This document shows, piece by piece, positions 1 through 10,184 of a stretch of DNA of 64,000 nt (position 1 is its first letter; the number at the start of each line of letters is the position of its first letter). The notes below the pieces were generated by a model. That model did not search any database, was not told where the DNA came from, and worked only from the letters and a program-made list of their open reading frames with translations. This DNA comes from Bacteroidia bacterium (lineage in GTDB: Bacteria > Bacteroidota > Bacteroidia > UKL13-3). The stretch spans positions 1,239 to 65,238 of the forward strand of contig JAGVLJ010000017.1 of the NCBI GenBank assembly GCA_020049855.1. The letters run 5' to 3'. Position numbers and translations under genes: made by a program.

Positions 1-60
1 TCATACTTGGCTAATGTAAGGGGTTTATTTTAAATACCCGAATATTTGGTCGGAACAGTT

Positions 61-1767
61 TTACAATAGCCTTTTAAGTTCGGTAGTTACAAACTGCATT
101 AAACTTTCAATATAGTTTCGTGAGAAATCAAAGCGAATATCGGCTGTTTCATAAATTTCTTTCATGGGTTTAGTATATCCCAAACTTAATGCCTCTTTGT
201 AACTGTTAACTGCTTTTGCTCTATCTTGTTTAAAGTTTTTCCATATAGAAATAGCCCCAAGTTGTGCAATGCCATATTCTATATAATAAAAAGGAACCTC
301 AAATAAATGCAATTGTTTTTGCCAACTGTAGGCAAGATTTTCTTCCAGTCCGCTGTAATTAACCAGTCCTGTGCTAAACTCATTATGTATGTCAACCCAA
401 GCCTTTTTACGCTCTGTGGCAGTATGCGTAGGATGAGTATATATCCAATGTTGAAATTTATCAATAGTTGCTATCCAGGGAAGCACTTTTATAATGCCTT
501 CCAGGTGTTCCTGCATGGCACGGTTAAACTCTTCTTTGTTTTGGTAAAACGCATCTTGTCCTTCGTGCGATAGCAATTCCATGCTCATGCTGGCTAATTC
601 CGCTACCTCGCTGGGGCAATTTTTAAAAGCAGCAAGTTCCAGGTCTTTGCTAAGAAACGAATGTACCGCATGGCCTCCTTCGTGAACCATTGTTTCCACA
701 TCGCGTACACTGCTTGCGGCATTCATAAATATAAAAGGAACGTTGGTTTCTGACATGGGATAGTTGTATCCACCCGGAGCTTTTCCTTTGCGGCTTTCCA
801 GATCCAGACGGTTCATTTCATCCATGGTTTCAATGCACCATGCAAAGTACGGGTCTATTTTGTTAAAACATTTAATCGTCTTATCCAATAAATCTTTTCC
901 GCTGGTAAATGGTTCTAAGGGAGTTCGTCCTTTGGTATCAACATCCATATCCCATGGGCGCAATTCAGAATAGCCCAATTCTGTTTTTCTGCGTTCATTA
1001 ATTTCTTTGCATAGTGGCAACACCGCATCACGTACCGAATCATGAAATGCAAAACAATCTTCAGGTGTGTAATCAAATCTTCCTAATGCGGCAAACATAT
1101 AATCTCGGAAGTTGCTGAAGCCAGCGTTCACAGCTACCCGATGACGCAACTTTACCAAACGATCAAATAAATCATCTAGCTCTTTTGAATGATTCAGGCG
1201 TTTGTTCATGATTTTGCGATAAACTTCTTCCCGCTTTTTGCGGTCGGTATTTTTCAGGTAGTTTGATGCTTGCTGCAGGGTGAGTTCTTTGCCATCCACT
1301 TCTACCATCATACTGCCCACAATGGCTCCGTATTTCTGCGATTCGGTTTGTATTTCGGCAAAAATAGGAACGTTTTCTTCCCTGAAAATTTCCAGCTCTT
1401 TACGTATTCCTCTCAAGTAAACAAAATATTTATCTTTATCCAATTCGTTGGTAAAAGGGCAATCTATCAGCTTGCGATTCAGTTTATCATTAAATGGGGA
1501 AATTTTCGGTTCAATTTCGGTGACAAAAAACAAGTAGGCCTTTTCCAGATCTTTGTTGTTGGTATCACACGTCATTTTTACGTAACGCCATGCTAAATTT
1601 TCACTTACAAAAGCTTCCAGTTCACTGCGGTGTTTTAACCATAATTCCAGTTCGGCCTTGTTGGTGATGTTGCGTTCAAGCAATTGGGTAAAATAAGGCT
1701 CAAGGGTTGCCCATGAAGTAATTTTTAATTTATCCGGTAAAAACTTGTGGTGGGTTATAACTAGCAT
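61..1767 (-). CDS. pepF: M3-family oligoendopeptidase F
   Basis: 568 aa ORF with the zinc-metallopeptidase HEGGH motif (VHEGGHAVHSF) and overall M3B/PepF-like architecture. Confidence 0.85.
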   Translation of the reverse strand: MLVITHHKFLPDKLKITSWATLEPYFTQLLERNITNKAELELWLKHRSELEAFVSENLAWRYVKMTCDTNNKDLEKAYLFFVTEIEPKISPFNDKLNRKLIDCPFTNELDKDKYFVYLRGIRKELEIFREENVPIFAEIQTESQKYGAIVGSMMVEVDGKELTLQQASNYLKNTDRKKREEVYRKIMNKRLNHSKELDDLFDRLVKLRHRVAVNAGFSNFRDYMFAALGRFDYTPEDCFAFHDSVRDAVLPLCKEINERRKTELGYSELRPWDMDVDTKGRTPLEPFTSGKDLLDKTIKCFNKIDPYFAWCIETMDEMNRLDLESRKGKAPGGYNYPMSETNVPFIFMNAASSVRDVETMVHEGGHAVHSFLSKDLELAAFKNCPSEVAELASMSMELLSHEGQDAFYQNKEEFNRAMQEHLEGIIKVLPWIATIDKFQHWIYTHPTHTATERKKAWVDIHNEFSTGLVNYSGLEENLAYSWQKQLHLFEVPFYYIEYGIAQLGAISIWKNFKQDRAKAVNSYKEALSLGYTKPMKEIYETADIRFDFSRNYIESLMQFVTTELKRLL

Positions 1768-1830
1768 GATGGTGTTTGTTAAGCGAGCAAAAATAGAAAA
1801 CTAAATGGCTTTTGTTGGTAAACGAATAAA

Positions 1831-1866
1831 AATAAAAAAAGCCACCCGGAGGTGGCTTTTTTTGTT
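1831..1866 (-). terminator. Intrinsic terminator (A-run / GCCACC-cgga-GGTGGC hairpin / T-run), usable in both directions
   Basis: aaaaaaaGCCACCcggaGGTGGCttttttt directly downstream of the minus-strand ORF ending at 1880. Confidence 0.6.
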
Positions 1867-1879
1867 TTTGAAATAGTTT

Positions 1880-2434
1880 TTATACTGATTTAGGACGGTA
1901 AGTGGTTTTAGCACCACCGGCACTTTTTGAGTTGGCTTTGGCAGCCATATTTTTTGGAGCTACGGTTTTTACTGCCGGGTGCTCATTCTTTTTCAGTTCT
2001 TTATCTTCTGTTTTAGCTTCTTTGCCTTCTGACTCCGCCTTTTCTGCTTCTTCCATAATAGTTTTAAAGTTCATTTCATCTTTTAGGATGTTGAACCATA
2101 AAATGGCTTTACGAATATCTGAAGGATATACCCTTTCTGTGTCATAATCAGGCAATGCCTCTTTAAAAAATGCAGTTAACTCATTGTTTTCAGCTTTGGG
2201 GTCAATGGTTTTTCCCAGTGCTTGCATATTGGCAAATACCTGTATTAAACGCACTTCTCCGGTAAGAGTGTACATGGCAATATCATCCAGCACTGAAATT
2301 TTTTGAGTAAAGGATGTAGGCATGCGATTTTTCGCTGCATCTATCGATTCTACAATCAAACCTGTTGGTCTTCTGCCAATAACCTTGAATAATCCGCCTT
2401 TGCCCGAAATGGCAATAATATCTTTTAAGTCCAT
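1880..2434 (-). CDS. Conserved hypothetical protein (Bacteroidota DUF-type) with a K/E/A-rich C-terminal tail
   Basis: ORF 1880..2515; the likely start is the internal Met (MDLKDIIAISGKGGLFKV...); no catalytic motif recognised. Confidence 0.5.
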   Translation of the reverse strand: MDLKDIIAISGKGGLFKVIGRRPTGLIVESIDAAKNRMPTSFTQKISVLDDIAMYTLTGEVRLIQVFANMQALGKTIDPKAENNELTAFFKEALPDYDTERVYPSDIRKAILWFNILKDEMNFKTIMEEAEKAESEGKEAKTEDKELKKNEHPAVKTVAPKNMAAKANSKSAGGAKTTYRPKSV

Positions 2435-2563
2435 TTTATCTCTTCTTTTTAACCTTGAAGGTGCAAATAAAAACATTTTAGCTCTAAAATCCTTGCAATT
2501 AACTGCAAGAGGCAAATCGGGTAAAAAGTGTAAATTTGACCGCTATTTTCAGGCAATTAGCTT

Positions 2564-5500
2564 ATGGAGAGTGTAGAAAAATATATTCCGAAGAACAAAA
2601 TCAGGGTAGTAACGGCTGCCAGTCTGTTTGATGGCCACGATGCTGCCATAAATATTATGCGCAGAATCATTCAAGCCAGTGGGGCCGAAGTGATTCACCT
2701 GGGCCACGACCGCAGTGCAGAAGAGGTAGTTAACTGTGCCATTCAGGAAGATGCCAATGCTATTGCCATGACCAGTTATCAGGGTGGACACGTGGAGTAT
2801 TTTAAATTTATGTACGACCTGCTGCAGCAGAAGGGCTGCGGCCATATTAAAATTTTTGGAGGGGGTGGTGGAACCATTCTGCCCGAAGAGATTGACGAGT
2901 TGCAGACTTACGGCATCACTCGAATTTACCATCCGGATGACGGCCGAGCCATGGGCTTGCAGGGAATGATTAACGACATGTTGCAAAAATGTGATTTTAA
3001 AACAGGGGAAAACCTGAACGGGGAAGCCAAACACCTCAAAGAAAAAGACTGGAAATCCATTGCCCGGTTAATCTCGGCAGCAGAAAATGACCCCAAAGGA
3101 TTTCAACCATTCTTAGATGCCATAAAAAAAGATGTGAAACCGGTACCAGTATTGGGAATAACCGGAACCGGTGGTGCAGGAAAATCATCGCTGGTTGATG
3201 AACTGGTGCGCAGGTTTTTGCTCGACTTCAAAACTAAAAGCATCGCCATCATTTCGGTCGATCCGAGTAAACGCAAAACAGGTGGTGCTTTGTTAGGAGA
3301 CCGTATCCGCATGAATGCGATTAAAAATCCACGGGTGTATATGCGTTCACTGGCAACACGACAAAGTAATCTGGCATTATCTAAACATGTGCAGGAAGCT
3401 ATTGATATTGTAAAAGCCGCGGCTTTTGATTTAATTATTCTCGAAACATCAGGTATCGGGCAAAGTGATACTGAAATTATGGATCACAGTGATGTGGCTT
3501 TGTATGTGATGACACCCGAATACGGAGCAGCTACTCAACTGGAAAAAATTGACATGCTTGATTTTGCCGACATCATTGCCATCAACAAATTTGATAAGAA
3601 GGGGGCGCAAGATGCCCTGCGTGACGTGAAAAAACAATATCAGCGCAATCACCAGCAGTTTGATAAATCGCCCGACAGCATGCCCGTGTACGGCACCATT
3701 GCCTCCCAGTTTAACGACCCCGGCATGAACCGCCTGTACAAAGCGGTTATGGATAAAGTGGTGGAGAAAACCAAGGCGGATCTCAAATCTACCTACGAGA
3801 TTACCGATGAGATGAGCGAAAAAATTTACATTATTCCTCCCTCACGCACCCGCTACCTTTCCGAAATTTCGGAGAATAACCGCAACTACGATAAATGGGT
3901 AAAAAAGCAATCTGAAATTGCGGATAAGCTTTACGGATTGAAATCATCCATCGATACATTGAAATCGTCAGCCATTGATGACAAAGAACGGTTGATAAAA
4001 GCATTAGATGAAACATACCATCAGGTTGCACTTGATTTGGATCCCCGCAACCGGAATATTCTGGAGACATGGGAACAGAAAAAAGATTTGTACCGAAATG
4101 AGTACTATGTGTTCAAAGTGCGCGATAAGGAAATCAAAATTAAAACACATACCGAATCTCTTTCGCATACGCAGGTTCCCAAGGTAGCGGTTCCAAAATT
4201 CAAAAGCTGGGGCGATATTTTACAATGGGCTTTGCAGGAAAATTTCCCCGGTGACTTTCCATACACAGCAGGTATCTATCCGTTTAAACGCGAAGGAGAA
4301 GACCCTACCCGTATGTTTGCCGGAGAAGGCGGACCGGAGCGCACTAATAAACGTTTTCACTACGTATCGAAGGGTATGCCTGCCAAACGCCTCAGCACGG
4401 CTTTTGATTCGGTAACACTCTATGGAAACGACCCGGATCATCGCCCCGATATTTACGGAAAGATTGGTAATTCGGGTGTGAGTGTATGGAGCTTAGAAGC
4501 TGCGAAAAAATTGTATTCCGGTTTTAACCTCGCTGATCCAAAAACTTCCGTCTCCATGACCATCAATGGGCCGGCTGCCATTATCTGTGCCTTCTTTATG
4601 AATGCCGCTATTGATCAGCAATGTGAATTATATATTAAAGAGCATGGCCTCGTGGATGAGGTGAATGCGAAGATTGATACACTATTTAAAAAGCGGGGCA
4701 CCACACGCCCAACCTACAATGAAACACTTCCTGAAACCAATGACGGATTAGGCCTGATGTTGCTGGGTGTAACCGGTGACATGGTATTGCCGGCAGACGT
4801 GTACAACAAAATAAAAGTGGAGACTTTAAAAAACGTACGTGGTACCGTGCAGGCGGATATATTAAAAGAAGACCAGGCCCAGAACACCTGTATCTTCTCT
4901 ACTGAGTTTTCATTACGCGTAATGGGTGATGTGCAGCAATATTTTATTGATAATGCCGTGCGTAATTTTTATTCCGTATCCATCAGCGGTTACCATATTG
5001 CCGAGGCAGGTGCCAACCCGATTACGCAATTGGCCTTAACGCTTTCCAACGGGTTCACCTTTGTTGAATACTATTTGAGCCGCGGAATGAACATTGATGA
5101 TTTTGCACCCAACCTGTCTTTCTTCTTCAGCAATGGCATTGACCCGGAATATTCGGTAATAGGCCGTGTATCGAGACGCATATGGGCCAAGGCGATGAAA
5201 CTCAAATACGGGGCCAACGTACGCTCACAAATGCTCAAATACCATATTCAAACTTCCGGTCGCTCGCTGCACGCACAGGAAATTGATTTCAACGATATAC
5301 GCACCACGCTGCAGGCCTTGTATGCCATTTACGATAATTGCAATTCACTTCACACCAATGCCTATGATGAGGCCATTACCACACCTACTGAAGAAAGTGT
5401 GCGCAGGGCCATGGCCATTCAGTTAATCATTAACCGCGAGTTGGGATTAGCCAAAAATGAAAATCCGTTACAGGGTTCTTTCATCATTGAAGAATTAACG

Positions 5501-5938
5501 GATTTGGTGGAAGAAGCCGTCCTGAGCGAGTTTGATAAAATCACTGAGCGGGGAGGAGTGCTGGGCGCCATGGAAACCATGTACCAGCGCAACAAGATAC
5601 AGGAAGAAAGTATGTACTACGAAATGCAGAAACATACTGGAGAATTCCCGATTATTGGGGTAAACACTTTCTTAAGCAGCAAAGGCTCGCCTACGGTATT
5701 GCCTAAGGAAGTTATCCGCTCCACCACCGAAGAAAAGGAATACCAGATTACCATGCTGAATGAATTGAAAAAAGGCAATGAGGCAAAAGGCAAAGAAATG
5801 TTGCTACGTTTACAAAAAGCCGCCATACACAACGAAAACCTTTTTGCCGAGCTGATGGAAACCGTAAAGTATTGCTCTCTGGGGCAAATTACACATGCCC
5901 TGTTTGAAGTGGGCGGGCAGTATAGGAGGAATATGTAG
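2564..5938 (+). CDS. icmF: Fused isobutyryl-CoA mutase (B12-binding domain, MeaB-like GTPase and methylmalonyl-CoA-mutase-type catalytic domain)
   Basis: 1124 aa. N-terminal B12-binding DxHxxG signature (DGHDAAIN), P-loop [12 protein letters not shown] of the MeaB/ArgK G-protein, and a long C-terminal acyl-CoA mutase domain. Confidence 0.8.
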   Translation: MESVEKYIPKNKIRVVTAASLFDGHDAAINIMRRIIQASGAEVIHLGHDRSAEEVVNCAIQEDANAIAMTSYQGGHVEYFKFMYDLLQQKGCGHIKIFGGGGGTILPEEIDELQTYGITRIYHPDDGRAMGLQGMINDMLQKCDFKTGENLNGEAKHLKEKDWKSIARLISAAENDPKGFQPFLDAIKKDVKPVPVLGITGTGGAGKSSLVDELVRRFLLDFKTKSIAIISVDPSKRKTGGALLGDRIRMNAIKNPRVYMRSLATRQSNLALSKHVQEAIDIVKAAAFDLIILETSGIGQSDTEIMDHSDVALYVMTPEYGAATQLEKIDMLDFADIIAINKFDKKGAQDALRDVKKQYQRNHQQFDKSPDSMPVYGTIASQFNDPGMNRLYKAVMDKVVEKTKADLKSTYEITDEMSEKIYIIPPSRTRYLSEISENNRNYDKWVKKQSEIADKLYGLKSSIDTLKSSAIDDKERLIKALDETYHQVALDLDPRNRNILETWEQKKDLYRNEYYVFKVRDKEIKIKTHTESLSHTQVPKVAVPKFKSWGDILQWALQENFPGDFPYTAGIYPFKREGEDPTRMFAGEGGPERTNKRFHYVSKGMPAKRLSTAFDSVTLYGNDPDHRPDIYGKIGNSGVSVWSLEAAKKLYSGFNLADPKTSVSMTINGPAAIICAFFMNAAIDQQCELYIKEHGLVDEVNAKIDTLFKKRGTTRPTYNETLPETNDGLGLMLLGVTGDMVLPADVYNKIKVETLKNVRGTVQADILKEDQAQNTCIFSTEFSLRVMGDVQQYFIDNAVRNFYSVSISGYHIAEAGANPITQLALTLSNGFTFVEYYLSRGMNIDDFAPNLSFFFSNGIDPEYSVIGRVSRRIWAKAMKLKYGANVRSQMLKYHIQTSGRSLHAQEIDFNDIRTTLQALYAIYDNCNSLHTNAYDEAITTPTEESVRRAMAIQLIINRELGLAKNENPLQGSFIIEELTDLVEEAVLSEFDKITERGGVLGAMETMYQRNKIQEESMYYEMQKHTGEFPIIGVNTFLSSKGSPTVLPKEVIRSTTEEKEYQITMLNELKKGNEAKGKEMLLRLQKAAIHNENLFAELMETVKYCSLGQITHALFEVGGQYRRNM

Positions 5939-6094
5939 CTCTATGGTTATTAAAGGTCGGCCTCAAATTCAACTGGAGCGTACATATTGCGCGTTATCAT
6001 TTGTTTCATAAAAGTATTAGCGTGCTGCCACTTGCTACAACTGACGATATATTTCCAGTTTGGCGGCTAAGTATATTTTGAAATCTGCATTCAC

Positions 6095-6256
6095 ATCCCC
6101 CTACCCCGTTAGCTTCGCTGAACCCTTCGGGTTTTGCTTTCCCGCCACCAGCCGCACAAGGGGGACAGATCCATTTCAAAAAGATTTTCGGTAAAGTGAG
6201 GTTCCAGTCCCCCTTGCAGCGAGGGCCTGAAGCGTGAGGGAAGGGGGTAGGGGGAT
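6095..6256. other. GC-rich nested inverted-repeat element (candidate structured RNA or palindromic repeat unit)
   Basis: Perfect 13-bp inverted repeat ATCCCCCTACCCC (6095-6107) / GGGGTAGGGGGAT (6244-6256). It encloses a perfect 10-bp inverted repeat CAAGGGGGAC (6157-6166) / GTCCCCCTTG (6207-6216) and a small hairpin AACCC-ttcg-GGGTT (6121-6133). Confidence 0.5.
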
Positions 6257-6355
6257 GAACTACGGATACCTGTGGCTTCATTGTACTTTATCTTTCACTA
6301 ATTAGGAAATGCGGCCGGATTTACCTAACCTTTGCATAATTAAAATAATAATCTT

Positions 6356-6802
6356 ATGATGTACATATCTATTTGCGTTACGCTGCTCACCATGATTGCA
6401 GCCATGCACCTGTTAGCAAAAACCAATAAAGAAGCCCTGGGCTCCCTTTTTAAGTGGGTTTCTTATGCAGTACTTATTGTGGCTTCGCTGTTGTTGCTTT
6501 GTCAGGTAACACGCGGGATTGCCAAAATGTGCTGCCATAAGGAATGCAAGGAAAAAAGTCATTGTGAAATGGGGAAAATGGGTGGACACAGGGGAATGAT
6601 GATGATGGAAAAAGAATGTCGCATGCACGGAGAAGAAGGATGCTGTGAAATGGAAAAGATGCACAAAAAAATGGGCAAAGGAGATTGCAGTTACATGAAG
6701 TGTGAAGAGGAAACAGAAAAATGCGGAGGCAAAATGAAATCGGGGATGGATCATCGGGAGATGAAACCCGATAGTGCCGCTGGCCACCATATGGGCAAAT
6801 AA
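6356..6802 (+). CDS. Small membrane-anchored Cys/Met/His-rich protein (putative metal-binding)
   Basis: 148 aa with two N-terminal hydrophobic helices followed by CCHKEC, M-rich (GMMMMEKEC), CC, CxxxC-like and HH motifs. The opposite-strand ORFs look like antisense artefacts of purine-rich codons. Confidence 0.55.
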   Translation: MMYISICVTLLTMIAAMHLLAKTNKEALGSLFKWVSYAVLIVASLLLLCQVTRGIAKMCCHKECKEKSHCEMGKMGGHRGMMMMEKECRMHGEEGCCEMEKMHKKMGKGDCSYMKCEEETEKCGGKMKSGMDHREMKPDSAAGHHMGK

Positions 6803-6968
6803 TTGTACGGCCACGTATGATGTAAATCAATTTCTCCTAGTTTTTATTTAAAACGGATACTCAAATGCCATGCACTCTGGTGCACCGGCAGTTGATTGCA
6901 AACTGAGGAAGATCATCGGTTTGATTCTTCAGTGACAGCGTACCTTTGACCAGATATTTTATGAAACA

Positions 6969-7466
6969 ATGAAACATATTTTAATAGCAGTTTGCATTTT
7001 ACTTTTTGGATTTAAAAGTTATGCGCAATACCCGTTGGCTAAAGGGCAAAAACAATTGAATGCTGGATTTGGGTTTTCGTCTTGGGGGCTTCCGGTTTAT
7101 GTTGGATTGGATTTTGGCGTACATAAAGATATTTCGGTAGGCGGAGAGTTTTCATTTCGTTCCTTCAGCGATAATTTTAAAGGGACAAGTTACAGCCACA
7201 CCATCATAGCGTTGGCGGCTAACGGAAATTATCACTTTAGCAGCCTGCTTAACATTCCAAAGGAGTGGGATGCCTATGCAGGACTGAATCTGGGATTTTA
7301 CAGTTGGAGTTCACCAACCGGATATAATGGCGGAGGCGGTTCAGGCATTGGCATGGGCGCGCAATTCGGGGGGCGTTATTATTTTAACACTAAATTTGCC
7401 GTCAATCTCGAATTGGACGGAGGCACTACTTCAGGCGGTAAGATTGGACTCACCATGAAGTTCTAA
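6969..7466 (+). CDS. Small outer-membrane beta-barrel protein (OmpW / porin-like family)
   Basis: Signal peptide MKHILIAVCILLFGFKSYAQ, Gly/aromatic-rich alternating pattern, C-terminal ...GLTMKF ending in Phe. Confidence 0.7.
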   Translation: MKHILIAVCILLFGFKSYAQYPLAKGQKQLNAGFGFSSWGLPVYVGLDFGVHKDISVGGEFSFRSFSDNFKGTSYSHTIIALAANGNYHFSSLLNIPKEWDAYAGLNLGFYSWSSPTGYNGGGGSGIGMGAQFGGRYYFNTKFAVNLELDGGTTSGGKIGLTMKF

Positions 7467-7543
7467 TTGCCGATTTAAACCCAGTTCGATAAACGGGGTA
7501 CTTACATTTCCCCGAAATTTTTTTGCAACAAACATTGGATACT

Positions 7544-8713
7544 CTAATCTTTGTTTAACGACACTTGTTTATATTTATCTTTATTTAGAACGGTCAATTC
7601 TAATACAGAATTTTGATTAAGGAGAGAAATCATTAAATTACAAAAATCATTTTTATTGATGTTTTCTGTAGCTGTATTGTTTATTTTAACTATTCTTTGT
7701 CCAACTCTAATTCCTTTCTTATATGCAATGCTGTTTTTCCAAACGAATGCAACCAAAATCTCATTCTGGTCATTAAGTTCCAAATTCAATCCAAATCTAA
7801 TTAAATCTTTTTCACCCTTAAAATCGTAAAGTGTTAAAAAAATAATGCTATCGGAAAAGTTAAATATCACATTATAATTTCTGAATAATGCAGATCCCAA
7901 TAATGGTTTGTCTTGAGAGCAGTAGGTTGGAATGCTTGTGATGAACTTATTCCCTAGCAATAATGTATCAACTAAAATTAGTGTTTGGTTGCCATTAATA
8001 ATTCCATTTACAGTCATAAACTTTTTTCCTATCCCATATGTTTTACTAACTTTTTTAAACTTTAACGACTGTTTTATTTTCTTTTCATTAATCACTAAAA
8101 AACCATTAAATCCCGTGTCAATTAACACATAAAAATCAATGCCTCCATATGCCACTCTTGCTAAAGGTAAATTGCCGTAATACTGTAACGGAACCTTTAT
8201 TGACATCCCTTCTTCTTTAAAGGGCTCTCTTGACCAATAGAGTGTGCCTGATTGTGAATTCATATTCCAATTTAAAAGATTAATAATATTAGCACCGATT
8301 ATACCATCAATCTTCACACATGTTTGCTTATTAAACTGATAAAGGTCAAGCTGAGTGCATTTTACTTCTCCAAATGCAGTATGACCAATTGTAAAATTTT
8401 CCAGAAAAATATTCGCGCTGTCAGGAATGCCATTAATACTTATTTTACCTATTTTGCCTGAAGTAGGTGTTATCTCATTAGAAATGACAGTTAATCCTGA
8501 TCCTGTATCAAACAAAAAATTATAGGCTATATTGTTAACGTAAACTTGTATTATCGGCAAATCGTTGTTATACTCAATTTGTGTTGAATCTGTTGTATTG
8601 AGACTTAAAATGGATGACTGAATAGTTTGTGCAAATAGAAGTCTACTTGACAATAATAGTAGAAAAAACGGAATGGGATATTTTGCCCTTACATAGCACA
8701 TAGTAACTATCAA
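7544..8713 (-). CDS. Secreted retropepsin-like aspartyl protease with two D-T/S-G lobes and a C-terminal PDZ domain
   Basis: Signal peptide, two catalytic-type motifs (FDTGSGLTVIS and LIDTGFNGFLVI), and a C-terminal PDZ-like segment (GIRVGQRIVKINNT...). Confidence 0.7.
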   Translation of the reverse strand: MIVTMCYVRAKYPIPFFLLLLSSRLLFAQTIQSSILSLNTTDSTQIEYNNDLPIIQVYVNNIAYNFLFDTGSGLTVISNEITPTSGKIGKISINGIPDSANIFLENFTIGHTAFGEVKCTQLDLYQFNKQTCVKIDGIIGANIINLLNWNMNSQSGTLYWSREPFKEEGMSIKVPLQYYGNLPLARVAYGGIDFYVLIDTGFNGFLVINEKKIKQSLKFKKVSKTYGIGKKFMTVNGIINGNQTLILVDTLLLGNKFITSIPTYCSQDKPLLGSALFRNYNVIFNFSDSIIFLTLYDFKGEKDLIRFGLNLELNDQNEILVAFVWKNSIAYKKGIRVGQRIVKINNTATENINKNDFCNLMISLLNQNSVLELTVLNKDKYKQVSLNKD

Positions 8714-9797
8714 TAAAGAATCTGAATTTACTGTAACTGTTATATTTTATCTAACTCGTTGTGCAAAGTTTGTTGAACTGTTGTCGTTTTAGGTCGAGCC
8801 TTTTTTGCTTGAGTTACCTTTGACGTGATGTTCAATTTTCGTTGCTCAAAAGAAAGAAATAATAAGTGAAAAAGCAAATCGGAATGATTCTGAATTACCG
8901 GCATTGCTCCATTGGATACAGGAATAACGAAATGCAATAAAAAATGTCTTGTTGATATTGTTACTTAGTTAGTCTTGCTATGCCCCTAATGTTCCTGCTG
9001 TGGCGGAATTAGATCCACTAACTTGTTGTGAGAGCGCATTCGTTTAGTAAAGCAACCGCTGTATGCGAGACCCGTACGTACAGTAGTGTGAGAGATGCAC
9101 CCTATTTATAAAACTCGGTAGAGCTGTCTTCTCGATTAGGGAATTTCCGTATAAACGTGGTCAAAATGGAATGGTGAAACGCTGAACCATTAGGGAAAAT
9201 GAGTAAAATAGAGCATGAAACAAAATCAGAGATTTTGGCACATGCGGTTTTCACCTCTGCCAGATGTGGCATGGTGCAAGTGGAGGGTCTGCATACCAAA
9301 AGGCTCTATGCAGCCACGTCAGGGTAGTACTCCCGCCTGCTAGGCAGCGAAAGCTAAATTTTCCCCGACTTGCGGATTGGTATCCAACATATGGCTGTTA
9401 AGTTTTTCTTATCGGGTCATCGTGTACCTGATTCTAAAAAATCTGTGAAACTTACGTATAAAGAAAGTTGGTAGAATAAAGCGGTAAAACATACGGAAGT
9501 ATTTCACATTTTCTACCTCGCTGGCATCAATCGGATGAGTTAGAAATTCCTAATTGATAGAGGAGCGTTTTTTGAAAGCATACCGCATGTCAGGAAATCA
9601 GGTTGGCCTATCTGTATTTCTAATGGATCCCTTCAGCGGAAAACTTTTTTAAGTAGTTTTTTCATATGTCTTAGTTACGTGACATTCGTGTTAGTACGTC
9701 CGCAGACTTACCCCTATTAGCCCTGTAGCGTGGGCTAATAGGGTACTCAGTATTGTTGTACCAAAGAATAAATGATTTTAAGTACTTCCTCCACAGC

Positions 9798-10145
9798 TTA
9801 ACTTTTGAGTTGTGCTGCCCATTCCACTTCGTTAAATCCAACCAGATAGCTTTTCCCGGTTTCCAGTACCGGACGTTTAATCATTGATGGGTTAGCCATC
9901 ATTAGTTGAATGGCTTTGCTTTTGTTGCTGATGGATGCCTGTTGGGCAGCAGTAAGTTTTTTAAAGGTAGTGCCTTTGGTATTGATGAGTGTGGTAACCG
10001 GAAAATGTTTGAGTAAGTCGGTCAGTTTGGTTTTGGTAATGCCTTCTGTTTTGTAATTATGAAAGGAGTAGGCCACCTTGTTTTGCTCGAGCCAGGTGAA
10101 GGCTTTTTTCATGGTATCGCAGTTTTTAATGCCGTAAATAATCAT
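9798..10145 (-). CDS. ArsC/Spx-family (YffB-like) protein
   Basis: 115 aa, N-terminal MIIYGIKNCDTMKKA with the conserved Cys, typical ArsC/Spx fold signature. Confidence 0.8.
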   Translation of the reverse strand: MIIYGIKNCDTMKKAFTWLEQNKVAYSFHNYKTEGITKTKLTDLLKHFPVTTLINTKGTTFKKLTAAQQASISNKSKAIQLMMANPSMIKRPVLETGKSYLVGFNEVEWAAQLKS

Positions 10146-10184
10146 GGCTCAAAAATAAGCGGTTGTTGAATAAATTCACATAGG

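Noticed and set aside
6006-6281. 91-aa minus-strand ORF spanning the GC-rich palindromic element
   Set aside because: It is Pro/Gly/Cys-rich and exactly covers the inverted repeats, which is the expected artefact of a GC-rich palindrome.
6413-6830. Two long minus-strand ORFs (133 aa and 118 aa, His/Phe-rich) antisense to the Cys/Met-rich gene
   Set aside because: They look like mirror images of a purine-rich coding strand (GAA/AAG/ATG give TTC/CTT/CAT). The plus-strand frame has plausible TM helices and metal-binding motifs; the antisense frames are low-complexity F/H/L strings.
8740-8937. 65-aa minus-strand ORF just upstream of the protease gene
   Set aside because: Short, with no recognisable features or start context.
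9055-9090. Group II intron domain-V-like sequence (CUGUAUGCG…CGUACGUACAG) in the ORF-free region
   Set aside because: The helix is shorter than domain V, lacks the GNRA loop and AGC triad context, is not about 50-100 nt from any plausible 3' end, and no GUGYG 5' end or IEP ORF is present.
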